DNA of 64,000 nucleotides from a virus (taxonomy: Duplodnaviria > Caudoviricetes): the IMG/VR virus record IMGVR_UViG_3300027969_000041; one strand, written 5' to 3'. Below, one piece after another: positions 47,818-57,029 of this stretch. The first letter of the stretch is position 1, and the number at the start of each line of letters is the position of its first letter. The translations under genes were made by a program, and so were the position numbers. The notes below the pieces were generated by a model. The model had not been told where the DNA came from, made no database searches, and worked only from the letters and a program-made list of their open reading frames with translations.

Positions 47818-48374
47818 GATTTTACAAACAGTCTAGTTAATATTGGACTGGTTTCGGGGAGTGGGCCGCCGTAAAACACTGACATATCAAAATTGCTCCA
47901 GTTTGAGGCAGTCATACCTGTTGCTACAGAATCCAATACTTGCAATCCATTTACGGCAGATTGTGTAACTAACGTATCATCACCAAGTTGTTCATCGGTT
48001 AAACCTGTAACTCGCGTACCCCGATTAGTTAACATTTCCTCACCCGACCTTACAAATTTTTTATAAAGATCTATTGAAATTTCGTCGTTAATACTCTTGA
48101 AGAACCAAACTCTTGTTCCAATTGGAGATTTTTCTAATAATGTTGAAAGCAGGTGGCCTGCTGCCCCAGTTCTAGAAACCGTTAACACATATTCTCCAGA
48201 CTCGGACTCGGTATATGTTTTGTCAAACATAAGATTAAAAATTTCATCAAATGATCGATAAATTAGAGTTCTAGCAAACGAACCTATAAATCTATTGATA
48301 CTCAGATCATCATCTAAAGTATCTTTAAGAAGCGCATTTGTTCCGTCTAGTCCGACAAAAATATTAAGTCTCAT
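47814..48374 (-). CDS. Hypothetical protein
   Basis: 186 aa, convergent 4-nt overlap; TAAATA core at 48408-48413. Confidence 0.72.
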   Translation of the reverse strand: MRLNIFVGLDGTNALLKDTLDDDLSINRFIGSFARTLIYRSFDEIFNLMFDKTYTESESGEYVLTVSRTGAAGHLLSTLLEKSPIGTRVWFFKSINDEISIDLYKKFVRSGEEMLTNRGTRVTGLTDEQLGDDTLVTQSAVNGLQVLDSVATGMTASNWSNFDMSVFYGGPLPETSPILTRLFVKS

Positions 48375-48406
48375 ATGTTATTTCCTAGTAGTAAACACAG
48401 TTATAA

Positions 48407-49324
48407 TTATTTAGTTGAGTTTTTTGATGCCTGTACAATAAAGTTAATTTGTTCTAGCCATTCTCGCCCGTGTCTCTGTTTAAGCAATTCTTCAACTTTA
48501 ATTTCATTATGGCGATCTATTGCTGTAGCGTTTGCTTGTAATAATTTATTGTTAAAATCTGTAATGTCCGTACACGGGGTATATGTATTAGTTAATATAC
48601 CTAGGGCACAACCTTTACCAGCGTTTGTATAAACATCAACTACATCTCTTGGATTTGCTATGCCTTTTACAACAATATCTATATCGTTATTGTCTATGTA
48701 ATTTAAAAAATCTAGATCGTTAGATAATCCTAATTCCAATAGTATATTTGGCACAGACGAATAAAATTGTATGGGAATTAAATTTTCTTTTGCAAAACTT
48801 AGTAGTCCTGCATTTTCTTCTAAGATTTTTTCGTACATGCGTGAGTCGTTGTTGTACCAGGTATATATAGGAAAGTCAATGTTCCATCCACCTACAAAAT
48901 GCCACCATTTGAATGCAACTTCGTTGCCGTTGTATGACAAAATAATTTTTGCATCAGGAAAATTTTCTCTGAGCCAATTCAAATTGTTTTTGTAACTGAA
49001 CCAGTGAGACTTGATTATTTTTATACCGGTTTCCCAATTGTCAAATGGTTTTTTAATTTCTTCTACAAATTCTTCTTTAGACAGTGCGGTAAGATCTTCA
49101 AAATTTTCGCCTATTTTATTATAGGGTCCAAAATAAGCCCCTGAGTGATTTCCTACTTTTACCACTCTTCCGCTTGGAAAAGTAACATCCATATTATATC
49201 TTGGAAGGTTATCTTTATCGCTGTTATTAATAGACGGGTGTAGTCCAATTAACGCTAAAATTCTACTCCACTTTGATCCAGGTGCACCTGTTGCAAAAAT
49301 TAAATCTTGTCCTGTATAATTCAT
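48407..49324 (-). CDS. Sulfotransferase-fold-like protein (TGAPGSKWS family, copy 1)
   Basis: IFATGAPGSKWS, HSGAYFGP, IIKSHWF, VGGWNIDFP.Y; ATGA-coupled start. Confidence 0.62.
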   Translation of the reverse strand: MNYTGQDLIFATGAPGSKWSRILALIGLHPSINNSDKDNLPRYNMDVTFPSGRVVKVGNHSGAYFGPYNKIGENFEDLTALSKEEFVEEIKKPFDNWETGIKIIKSHWFSYKNNLNWLRENFPDAKIILSYNGNEVAFKWWHFVGGWNIDFPIYTWYNNDSRMYEKILEENAGLLSFAKENLIPIQFYSSVPNILLELGLSNDLDFLNYIDNNDIDIVVKGIANPRDVVDVYTNAGKGCALGILTNTYTPCTDITDFNNKLLQANATAIDRHNEIKVEELLKQRHGREWLEQINFIVQASKNSTK

Positions 49325-49968
49325 TTTTTCCATATCCAAAATAATCTGTACGGGCTTCGGCTCTCTGTATTTGTTTTTAACGCAACTTTGTCTACCCAGT
49401 TTTCTTTTTTATCCCCAAATCTATTAGTTCTGGTTATCAACTCTGGCCCTGAGCATAATGTTAGATTTAATTCCTCTGTCCAACTATGTACTAAGTCGGT
49501 ACTCCAGCCATAATATATATTTCTAGAATCACTATGATCTTTCATGTTGCCACGAAATATTGCATATCCACCGGGCTTTAATACTCGTTGCATTTCTAAC
49601 AGTTGTTTTTCAATTAATTCTGTTGTTCCAAAATTTATACTTCCAAAGCATATAACAACATCTGCGGTGTTATCATTGTACGGTATATGCGTTATGTCTG
49701 CTTTTATATCTGCAGAATCATTTACTAAATCAATACCTACTAAATTATCAATTAAAGATTTGTATTGATTATCGCCGCACCCAAGATCTAATACAAGAGA
49801 CGGAGTAAGTCTGTTGACAAACTCAATCATTTCCATGCCGCATTTTTCGTATTTGTTAATTCTCTTTTCTATAAACTTAGTCTTGCCAAGTCTCGGATAT
49901 TGAATTTGATATCTACGTTCGGGAGGAGTAAATGATTCTTTTAATTTTTTCTCTAAATCGTTGTTCAT
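49321..49968 (-). CDS. Class I SAM-dependent methyltransferase (paralog 1)
   Basis: VLDLGCGDNQYK, ICFGSINF, RVLKPGG. Confidence 0.88.
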   Translation of the reverse strand: MNNDLEKKLKESFTPPERRYQIQYPRLGKTKFIEKRINKYEKCGMEMIEFVNRLTPSLVLDLGCGDNQYKSLIDNLVGIDLVNDSADIKADITHIPYNDNTADVVICFGSINFGTTELIEKQLLEMQRVLKPGGYAIFRGNMKDHSDSRNIYYGWSTDLVHSWTEELNLTLCSGPELITRTNRFGDKKENWVDKVALKTNTESRSPYRLFWIWKK

Positions 49969-50771
49969 ACTAGGTCAATAGTCCGTGGGCAAGTTTTTAA
50001 AAAATTGTAAGTGTTATCAGTTACACGACCAGTTATGTTTAGTGTGGGTCTATTAAAATGACTGAAGTTTGCAGTTCCGTGAGGAATATCTCTCCACGGC
50101 CATGTTATACAATCTCCCTTCTTCCATGTTAGGTATTCATTGCCTTGTTTCCATACTTGTCCGTCATGCTGATTATCTAAGAATATAATAACACGCATTA
50201 ACTTTCTCTGATCGTAATCGCACTCGGCAAATGTTCTATAGTCATCTCTTTGTTTCTTTAATATACCACCGAAGTTATCCAGATGCCAGTAAAACATTTG
50301 TCCCGGTTTTTGTACATCAAACTTGATATTGGGTTTGCCACCGGTTAATAATGCTGGATGTTCAAACCCAAACAGATCAGACATTTGTTGCAGTAGTGGC
50401 GGTAATTCTGCATGACGTGTTCTGTTAAGTACGGTATAGGAATTTTCACCTTCGACATTATAACCCCATCTCTTAAAATCGTTATATTCCATTGAGTTGT
50501 TGTTATCTTGTCTAGTTTCTGACCTATAGTCAAATGTTGCAGGGAATGTTTGCTCAGTCATTGCTATAACTTCGTCTGCCCAATTTCCCGAAAATCTGCA
50601 AATAGGAACAACAACAGGAATTTCTGATGTTGTATCATCTACCGTTGGATCAAAATGATATCGGCTAGTTGCTTTGCAAAATTCATAAAGTCCGTCAAAT
50701 TTCTCGTAAGAAACTGGCTCCGCAGTTTTTAAGTTTGACCATAACTCGTAGGGGCTTTTATCGAAATCCAT
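49965..50771 (-). CDS. 2OG-Fe(II)/cupin-type dioxygenase
   Basis: QKPGQMFYWHLD, RVIIFLD, PHGTAN, R..LNITG. Confidence 0.78.
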   Translation of the reverse strand: MDFDKSPYELWSNLKTAEPVSYEKFDGLYEFCKATSRYHFDPTVDDTTSEIPVVVPICRFSGNWADEVIAMTEQTFPATFDYRSETRQDNNNSMEYNDFKRWGYNVEGENSYTVLNRTRHAELPPLLQQMSDLFGFEHPALLTGGKPNIKFDVQKPGQMFYWHLDNFGGILKKQRDDYRTFAECDYDQRKLMRVIIFLDNQHDGQVWKQGNEYLTWKKGDCITWPWRDIPHGTANFSHFNRPTLNITGRVTDNTYNFLKTCPRTIDLV

Positions 50772-51379
50772 TATAATTTTCTCCATACCCAATATAGTCT
50801 AAACGGATTTCCGCCATTACTTCTATCAAGTTTTTGTTTTTGTTTGGTATGAACTTTGCCAACAACTTCTAAATTAAATTTGTTGCTAAAATATTCAATA
50901 TCAGTATCTTCCCAAAAATAGTTATTCTTAAAAGTTGAGGTTAATTGATTCTCAGAATATTGATCCCATTTTTTTATAACACGCATAAAAATATGTCCAT
51001 TAGTTTTAACCCACGAAAGTGCTTTATCTAAATTCTTTTCTACGTAATCTCTGTTAACAAATTGTATACTACCTAGACATAATAATACATCAACTGAATT
51101 TACTTCTATAGGTGCATCTAAAATTGTTGATTGAAAATCTATATTAGGAAATGGATTTGCATCAAATCCTATTAGATTTTTAATTTTGTGTTTCCACTTA
51201 TTATGCCCGCAGCCTGCATCAACTACTAGGCCGGGTTCTAATTTATTAACAGCATCTACTAACCATTTTTGATTCCAAGACTGTCGTTCACTAATAGTCT
51301 CAGGATCTTTCTTATTACTCCAGGAGTCGGGATTATATTTTTTATCTAGTCCTAATTCCCAGTATGGATCTGTTTTCAT
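50771..51379 (-). CDS. Class I SAM-dependent methyltransferase (paralog 2)
   Basis: VVDAGCGHNKWK, LCLGSIQF; TAAATA core at 51397-51402. Confidence 0.86.
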   Translation of the reverse strand: MKTDPYWELGLDKKYNPDSWSNKKDPETISERQSWNQKWLVDAVNKLEPGLVVDAGCGHNKWKHKIKNLIGFDANPFPNIDFQSTILDAPIEVNSVDVLLCLGSIQFVNRDYVEKNLDKALSWVKTNGHIFMRVIKKWDQYSENQLTSTFKNNYFWEDTDIEYFSNKFNLEVVGKVHTKQKQKLDRSNGGNPFRLYWVWRKL

Positions 51380-51399
51380 TAATTATATCTTTTGATTAT

Positions 51400-51756
51400 T
51401 TAAGTAAAGAGATTACCGAAGATAAAATAATCACAGACAAAAGTTAGTTCTGCACCTATGAATACTGCAATCCAATAGTTTCCTATCCAACTCCATAGTT
51501 TGCGTATTACCCACCAAGCCGCTAATACTCTTAATGTGTATAAGGCATCATGCTGTAGATAATCTAATACACCGGGTAATGCTACTGCATTAAAATAATA
51601 TCCAAACACAAAAGTATCGTAGGCATAGCTGGCCTGGGCCATAACAAAAACTGCCGCAAAGAACGGCAGGAATTTGTTTAATAGTTTGACTGCAGGCCCG
51701 CTAACAATGAGCCTGTAGCTAACATAGGTAATGTTGGCAATTAGTAGTTCGAACAA
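51400..51756 (-). CDS. Small multi-TM membrane protein
   Basis: 118 aa, hydrophobic, 2 nt downstream of the Bug/TctC gene. Confidence 0.72.
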   Translation of the reverse strand: MFELLIANITYVSYRLIVSGPAVKLLNKFLPFFAAVFVMAQASYAYDTFVFGYYFNAVALPGVLDYLQHDALYTLRVLAAWWVIRKLWSWIGNYWIAVFIGAELTFVCDYFIFGNLFT

Positions 51757-51758
51757 TT

Positions 51759-52718
51759 TTATTCAGGTTTAATTTTTTTTGCAAACGGTTGCCATTGTTC
51801 GCGTAATCTATGCATCCCTGCTCGGACTCCTTCCGGAGTCTGTTCTTTAGGACTAATGAATATAAATTGTTCATCGTATCGTTCTTTTGTTTCTTTTGAA
51901 TTAAGAACAGGAATAAAATTCTTGTGGTACCAATCCTGTACTTCTTCTGGAGTATTCTTTGGCAATATTAAATTCCAGCAAGCGTATACATTTAATCCGG
52001 GAATATAGTCCTTTATTAATTTGGCTTTTTCTAACCCCGGCATCGGTTGTTCCCCTGCGAGTGCAATTAATTTGATCTTTCCTGACTTAACCATCTGTGC
52101 GCCTACTGCAATAGGAAACACTCCAAATTCAACCTGCCCTGCTAGTACGTCAGTCATAGCCTGTGCGGGCCCTTTATACATAATAGTTTCAACAGTATCT
52201 TTATTAGGTTTGATTTTTGTAACCATATATTCAACAGCTAATTTATGCCCAGATCCGCCAACAGCAAAATTAATCGGCCGACTACCCGACTTAATTTCAG
52301 CAATTAATTTTTCCGGGGTATCGATGTCTGATCCTAATTTGGCATAAATCCCTAATGGACTTTTACCCATATTTGTAACAGGAACAAAATCCATAGCATT
52401 AAATTTTACATAGTTTGGATACCAAATTTCTGCAGTAACGTATGTACTTTGACATGCAGGGATACCGATATAATGACCGTCATTTTTTAATGTATTAAGA
52501 TGATTCATTGCAATAGTATCACCTGCTCCTGGCTTATAATCAAATACAAATTTGACTTTTGCCTTTTCTTCCACCTGTTTAGCTAGAATTCTAAATGCAA
52601 TTTCGTTGCCAGCGCCCGGTGCATTAGGAACAACAACGGTGATAGGTGCCGACGGTTCCCAAGCATGTGCAAATATTGCACTACCTAATAATAAAATCGC
52701 TGTTAAGAATTTTTTCAT
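51759..52718 (-). CDS. Bug/TctC-family periplasmic substrate-binding protein
   Basis: Signal peptide, PITVVVPNAPGAG, KPGAG, YKGPAQAMTDVLAGQV, LPKNTP. Confidence 0.9.
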   Translation of the reverse strand: MKKFLTAILLLGSAIFAHAWEPSAPITVVVPNAPGAGNEIAFRILAKQVEEKAKVKFVFDYKPGAGDTIAMNHLNTLKNDGHYIGIPACQSTYVTAEIWYPNYVKFNAMDFVPVTNMGKSPLGIYAKLGSDIDTPEKLIAEIKSGSRPINFAVGGSGHKLAVEYMVTKIKPNKDTVETIMYKGPAQAMTDVLAGQVEFGVFPIAVGAQMVKSGKIKLIALAGEQPMPGLEKAKLIKDYIPGLNVYACWNLILPKNTPEEVQDWYHKNFIPVLNSKETKERYDEQFIFISPKEQTPEGVRAGMHRLREQWQPFAKKIKPE

Positions 52719-52733
52719 GTTTATATAATCTCC

Positions 52734-52747
52734 TTAAATATATTTAA
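52734..52747. promoter_or_regulatory. Palindromic bidirectional late-type promoter core
   Basis: Perfect 14-bp palindrome TTAAATATATTTAA gives TAAATA on both strands between divergent genes. Confidence 0.55.
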
Positions 52748-52768
52748 TAGAAAAAAACAAAAGTTTTA

Positions 52769-53554
52769 ATGAATTTTGAAACTTCTGATGAAATATTTAA
52801 CAAAAATAGGAATTTTTTAATGAATACTAGAATTTTTAATCTAATTGTAAAAAAATTAGAAATCGCATTTAATTTGCCCAAGTATCAGACAGTTATAGAC
52901 ACTTTAGACAAAACAACCGATCTAGACAGTTTACCATGGACTCCTGCACGTTTTGACAAGTTTAGGGAATCTATTAAAAAGGAACTTCAATTTAGTGTCG
53001 TAGACCTAACAGGTACAGTTAATGAAGTTGTAGATCGCTTAGATAAGAAATACCTAAATCGATTCTTTGGAGAAATTTGGAAACCAACTACTGAGATATA
53101 TCAGTATAGCGGATGGGGATTAGTTGAAGAAATTAATAAAACAGATCCTAAGTCTGTATTAGATTTTGGGTGTGGATACAATCCGTTCAAAGGTCGTATT
53201 AAAAACCTAGTAGGTATTGATCCATATAATAATTGTGCAGACTATATGGTTGATATTTTAGAGTTCAAAGTACCTCCTGAAAGTTTTGATCATATCATTG
53301 TTTTTGGCAGTTTGAATTTTAATAGCCGTGATGAAATCAATGAAAGATTTGCAAAATTAGTCAGTGTACTAATGCCCAGAGGTAAAATGTATTTTAGAGC
53401 CAACCCCGGGATACTATGGCCTGATGGTCCTTATGTTGACATATTTCCGTGGTCGTTTGAAGTTGCCTTCGAACTAGGACAAACACATAACTTAACCTTG
53501 GAAACTTTCAAGAAAGATAACAATAATAGATTGTACTTTGTTTATAAGAAATAA
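52769..53554 (+). CDS. SAM-dependent methyltransferase (paralog 3) with N-terminal acyl-carrier-like helical domain
   Basis: VLDFGCGYNPFK, IVFGSLNF; N-terminal DKTTDLDSLPW...IKKEL...TVNEVVDRL. Confidence 0.82.
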   Translation: MNFETSDEIFNKNRNFLMNTRIFNLIVKKLEIAFNLPKYQTVIDTLDKTTDLDSLPWTPARFDKFRESIKKELQFSVVDLTGTVNEVVDRLDKKYLNRFFGEIWKPTTEIYQYSGWGLVEEINKTDPKSVLDFGCGYNPFKGRIKNLVGIDPYNNCADYMVDILEFKVPPESFDHIIVFGSLNFNSRDEINERFAKLVSVLMPRGKMYFRANPGILWPDGPYVDIFPWSFEVAFELGQTHNLTLETFKKDNNNRLYFVYKK

Positions 53555-53557
53555 AAT

Positions 53558-54262
53558 TTATAATTTATTTTGATTATAAATTGCAATACTTACATCTTTA
53601 GTACCTTCTGTGTGGATCAAATGTTTGTAGACCCAATCTTGTTCTACAGTATTCTCAATTTGATCCACGGTCCAATCAAAGGTTGATTTTAGATAATCTG
53701 CTGTTAGTGGTTGGATCTCAACATTCCTGCTGTTGCAGAAATTAATAATCCTGTTATTGTGTTCTGCTATCATTGCCTTCATGGTATCATCGTCTTTGTA
53801 ATAAGGACGATAATCTGGATAACTAATGTTCCATCCACCTGCCCCGAACCATCCTTGTTCACATTTTATGTCGGGGCGCAAGATCATAATGATTGGATTA
53901 TTGGGCCACGTATCTGCAATATAATCTAAGTTGTGAGAGAAGAAATGGCTTTTGACTAGCAGCCTGCCGTAGCTAGAGTCTGTCCATTCTCGAGCAATAC
54001 TATTTTCTACAACCTCTGGATCGAGTAAATTAATGTTGTGAAAGTCTTCTCCATATCCGTGTCCTGGTCCAAAGTAGACACCTGTATGGGTTATACTTCT
54101 TGCCAGTGGAGTTGGCCCAGTGTGCGTATATTCTCTTTCAGGAGATCGGTCTGTAATATTAAAATTTAACGACTTAATGGCTTGTAAAATATTAGCACTT
54201 CCACTCCATTTTGATCCGGGAGCTCCGGTAAACCATACTAGTCTTTCTGATAGATTATTCAT
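53558..54262 (-). CDS. Sulfotransferase-fold-like protein (TGAPGSKWS family, copy 2)
   Basis: WFTGAPGSKWS, HTGVYFGP, LVKSHFF, AGGWNISYP.Y. Confidence 0.62.
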   Translation of the reverse strand: MNNLSERLVWFTGAPGSKWSGSANILQAIKSLNFNITDRSPEREYTHTGPTPLARSITHTGVYFGPGHGYGEDFHNINLLDPEVVENSIAREWTDSSYGRLLVKSHFFSHNLDYIADTWPNNPIIMILRPDIKCEQGWFGAGGWNISYPDYRPYYKDDDTMKAMIAEHNNRIINFCNSRNVEIQPLTADYLKSTFDWTVDQIENTVEQDWVYKHLIHTEGTKDVSIAIYNQNKL

Positions 54263-54272
54263 TTAGATTATA

Positions 54273-55727
54273 TTAAAAAACTTTAACACCATTAATATCT
54301 TGCCAACGAAGGGCATCGTTCCATGAATTCACCAAAGGCTCGCCTTTAACATTCATGCTAGTATTCATTAAAATTGGACATCCACTAGCTTTATACCATG
54401 CTTCTAATAGTGCCCTAAACCTAGGGTTATCTTCTTTTTCCACAGTTTGTACCCTACTTGTACCGTCAACATGACAGATTCCGGGCAGTAAATCGGGCCG
54501 TTTACAACGAGCCACAAACTGCATATATGGGCTAGATTTTACTGGCATATCAAAATATAGTCTTGCTTGTTCGGCTAAAATAGCCGGCGCAAACGGGCGA
54601 AATTCTTCTCTACGTTTGAGTTTATTCATACGATCTTTAGCACCCGGGCCACGCGGATCACAAAGTAAACTACGATTTCCGAGAGCTCTTGGACCAAACT
54701 CTGCCCTTCCATTTGCTACAGCAACAACATTTCCTGCTAGTAATTCTTTGATAATACCATCTATATCTAATTTACGATCTATATCTGTACCTAAATACGG
54801 ACTTTGCCAATTTAGATGTTGTTTTGTATATGCGGCAACCGCGCCTATTGCACTACCTGCATCTCCGGGATTAGGCATAAGCCAAATATTTTCATACAAC
54901 CCTAATTCGGCAATCTTAGTATTAGCAACACAGTTAAGAGCACAACCTCCCATGAATATAAAATTCTTACTAGGCAGATGTTTTTTCATCCATTTAACTG
55001 TACCTATTAAATATTCTTCCATAATTGCTTGTACACTGGCAGCAATATCATATTTGCTTATGCCGTCTGGAGCAGACCACCATGCACAACCTTGATGCAA
55101 ATTATGTCGCAACTTAAAATTAGGAGCACTAAATTTAGAAAAGAATTCTTTTTTGATAAATTCTTTAATACTAGGTTTACCTAATGCCGCCATGCCCATT
55201 AAGATGTATTCTTCTTCATTGGGTTTAAGTCCTAGCCAGTGTGTAAATGCTGTATAGAACAATCCTATACTATTTGGGTATCTTTTATTCCATACTTTGG
55301 TTAGGCCTGTTTTATCAGCTTGCCATATGCTTACAGTATCCCATTCACCTATAGCATCAACAACTAAAATACTAGCATCAGTAAATCCACTGGTATAAAA
55401 TCCTGCCGCAGCATGACTTTCATGATGTCCTACTACCTCCAATGGTAATGTATTAAGTCCTACAAGTCTTAATTGATCTATAGGACTTGTCATCCATGGA
55501 CTTTGACCTGCATATAGTCTGCGTAAACTTTTAAGAAACGGTTTTTCAAACCATACAATCTTTGTGGGGGTTCCGTATGAGCGCATTTCTCTAACCATAT
55601 CAAGGTCTAACATACTATCGTTTTTAATACGACTATATCGTTCACTGTGTGCCGCCCAAACAATTTCCTGGCCGTCAACTAAGGCCATACTAGCATCGTG
55701 ATTTTGCGCTGTAATACCGAGTATCAT
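54273..55727 (-). CDS. Carbamoyltransferase (NodU/CmcH/TobZ family)
   Basis: ILGI...HDAS, HHESHAAA, EYILMG, GGCALNC, GDAG, EFGPRALGNRS, REEFRPFAP, HVDGTSRVQTV, NTSMN. Confidence 0.94.
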   Translation of the reverse strand: MILGITAQNHDASMALVDGQEIVWAAHSERYSRIKNDSMLDLDMVREMRSYGTPTKIVWFEKPFLKSLRRLYAGQSPWMTSPIDQLRLVGLNTLPLEVVGHHESHAAAGFYTSGFTDASILVVDAIGEWDTVSIWQADKTGLTKVWNKRYPNSIGLFYTAFTHWLGLKPNEEEYILMGMAALGKPSIKEFIKKEFFSKFSAPNFKLRHNLHQGCAWWSAPDGISKYDIAASVQAIMEEYLIGTVKWMKKHLPSKNFIFMGGCALNCVANTKIAELGLYENIWLMPNPGDAGSAIGAVAAYTKQHLNWQSPYLGTDIDRKLDIDGIIKELLAGNVVAVANGRAEFGPRALGNRSLLCDPRGPGAKDRMNKLKRREEFRPFAPAILAEQARLYFDMPVKSSPYMQFVARCKRPDLLPGICHVDGTSRVQTVEKEDNPRFRALLEAWYKASGCPILMNTSMNVKGEPLVNSWNDALRWQDINGVKVF

Positions 55728-55728
55728 T

Positions 55729-55836
55729 TTAATAGATAAACGGATCTCGTTTACGCAACTCTGCAATACGTTTTTTTAATGCTTTTCTTTGTTTGTAATC
55801 TCGGATCCATACCCAGATGTTTTTAAAAATGTTCAT
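55729..55836 (-). CDS. 35-aa basic peptide upstream of the carbamoyltransferase
   Basis: Manually translated MNIFKNIWVWIRDYKQRKALKKRIAELRKRDPFIY. Confidence 0.62.
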   Translation of the reverse strand: MNIFKNIWVWIRDYKQRKALKKRIAELRKRDPFIY

Positions 55837-55842
55837 GGTTAA

Positions 55843-56274
55843 TTACTTATCGATCTTTGTTACAGTGATTCCCGATTGTTTAAGGAATTTGATACCCGCA
55901 TCATCCCTATAGTTCGCACTATAATAAACACGACAAATGCCTGACTGATGAATGAGCTTGGCACACTCGATACAAGGACTGTGAGTAACAAATAAGTCAG
56001 CCCCATCAGCAGACTCGTTAGACTTCGCCAATTTTGCAATAGCGTTTGATTCAGCATGTAATACCTCTGGTTTAGTTTTATATACGGGGTCGCCGTGGTG
56101 ATATCCTATTAGGTTTTCGCAGTCGTTGCCCCACCCTGAGGGCATGCCGTTATATCCATAGGTAACATGATTATCTTTGACAACAACAGCACCTACTTTT
56201 AATCTACGAGCATGACTTAATTCTGCTACTCTGTGAGCCCAATCTATATATAGGTTAACAAATTTATCTTTCAT
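55843..56274 (-). CDS. dCMP deaminase
   Basis: GYNGMP, HAESNAI, PCIEC. Confidence 0.92.
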   Translation of the reverse strand: MKDKFVNLYIDWAHRVAELSHARRLKVGAVVVKDNHVTYGYNGMPSGWGNDCENLIGYHHGDPVYKTKPEVLHAESNAIAKLAKSNESADGADLFVTHSPCIECAKLIHQSGICRVYYSANYRDDAGIKFLKQSGITVTKIDK

Positions 56275-57029
56275 ACAATCTCTTCACCTGTTTTTGAGTT
56301 GTAATCTTTGTTAGGATCAAACCCTTTGAACCCTTCCCAACTTGGTTCCCCGGGCGCAACTTTTATACCTCTATTAATTTCACCTATGTGGTTAACTATA
56401 ATGCCACCTTCGCTGGTTTTTAATAATCCTGTTCCTATATTATATCGTTCTCGGAGATAATCAGCAACTACACATTCTGAGGGATTATTACCTGTAGTTT
56501 CTAATATTGGTTCTTCGGCAATCCAACCTGGATATAATGCAGCCATCATCCAAAACCATCTTGAATCTTTTTCGTAACGATAATTAGGAGTCACAATGTC
56601 TGTGTCCTTACATGTGATATCTTCAGTTTCATAATCGTACCAATTGTTACGTTTCATTTGTAATTGAGATAGAGTTGGATCTGATTTTAGAATATTAATA
56701 ATATCAACAATTTTTATAGGATGTACAATTTCAGCATCGTCTTCTTGCTGCCATATATAATCGTAATGTCTGTCTCTTATAATATCGTAGAAGTGTTGCC
56801 ATGTTCTGGTTATACCTATGTTCTTGGGATGTAGGTGTACTTCATTGAAACCGTGTACGTTTGCCAGTGTTTTTATTAGAACATTATTTCTACCATTAGG
56901 ATAGTCGTCGATAAAAATTCTGTCAACCTCGCATCCTTCGAAGTTAATATTGGATTGCGAGGCTAGTGTACGTGGTAGATATTGTAATCTATTAGTAGAA
57001 ATAATAACCTGACAAATCTTGTAAGTCAT
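56271..57029 (-). CDS. GT-A fold glycosyltransferase
   Basis: FIDD, YIWQQEDD, VNHIG. Confidence 0.72.
   Translation of the reverse strand: MTYKICQVIISTNRLQYLPRTLASQSNINFEGCEVDRIFIDDYPNGRNNVLIKTLANVHGFNEVHLHPKNIGITRTWQHFYDIIRDRHYDYIWQQEDDAEIVHPIKIVDIINILKSDPTLSQLQMKRNNWYDYETEDITCKDTDIVTPNYRYEKDSRWFWMMAALYPGWIAEEPILETTGNNPSECVVADYLRERYNIGTGLLKTSEGGIIVNHIGEINRGIKVAPGEPSWEGFKGFDPNKDYNSKTGEEIV

Noticed and set aside
49321-53554. Calling the three methyltransferases DNA restriction-modification methylases
   Set aside because: They lack the DPPY/NPPY or PC catalytic motifs and are small class I enzymes of the small-molecule type
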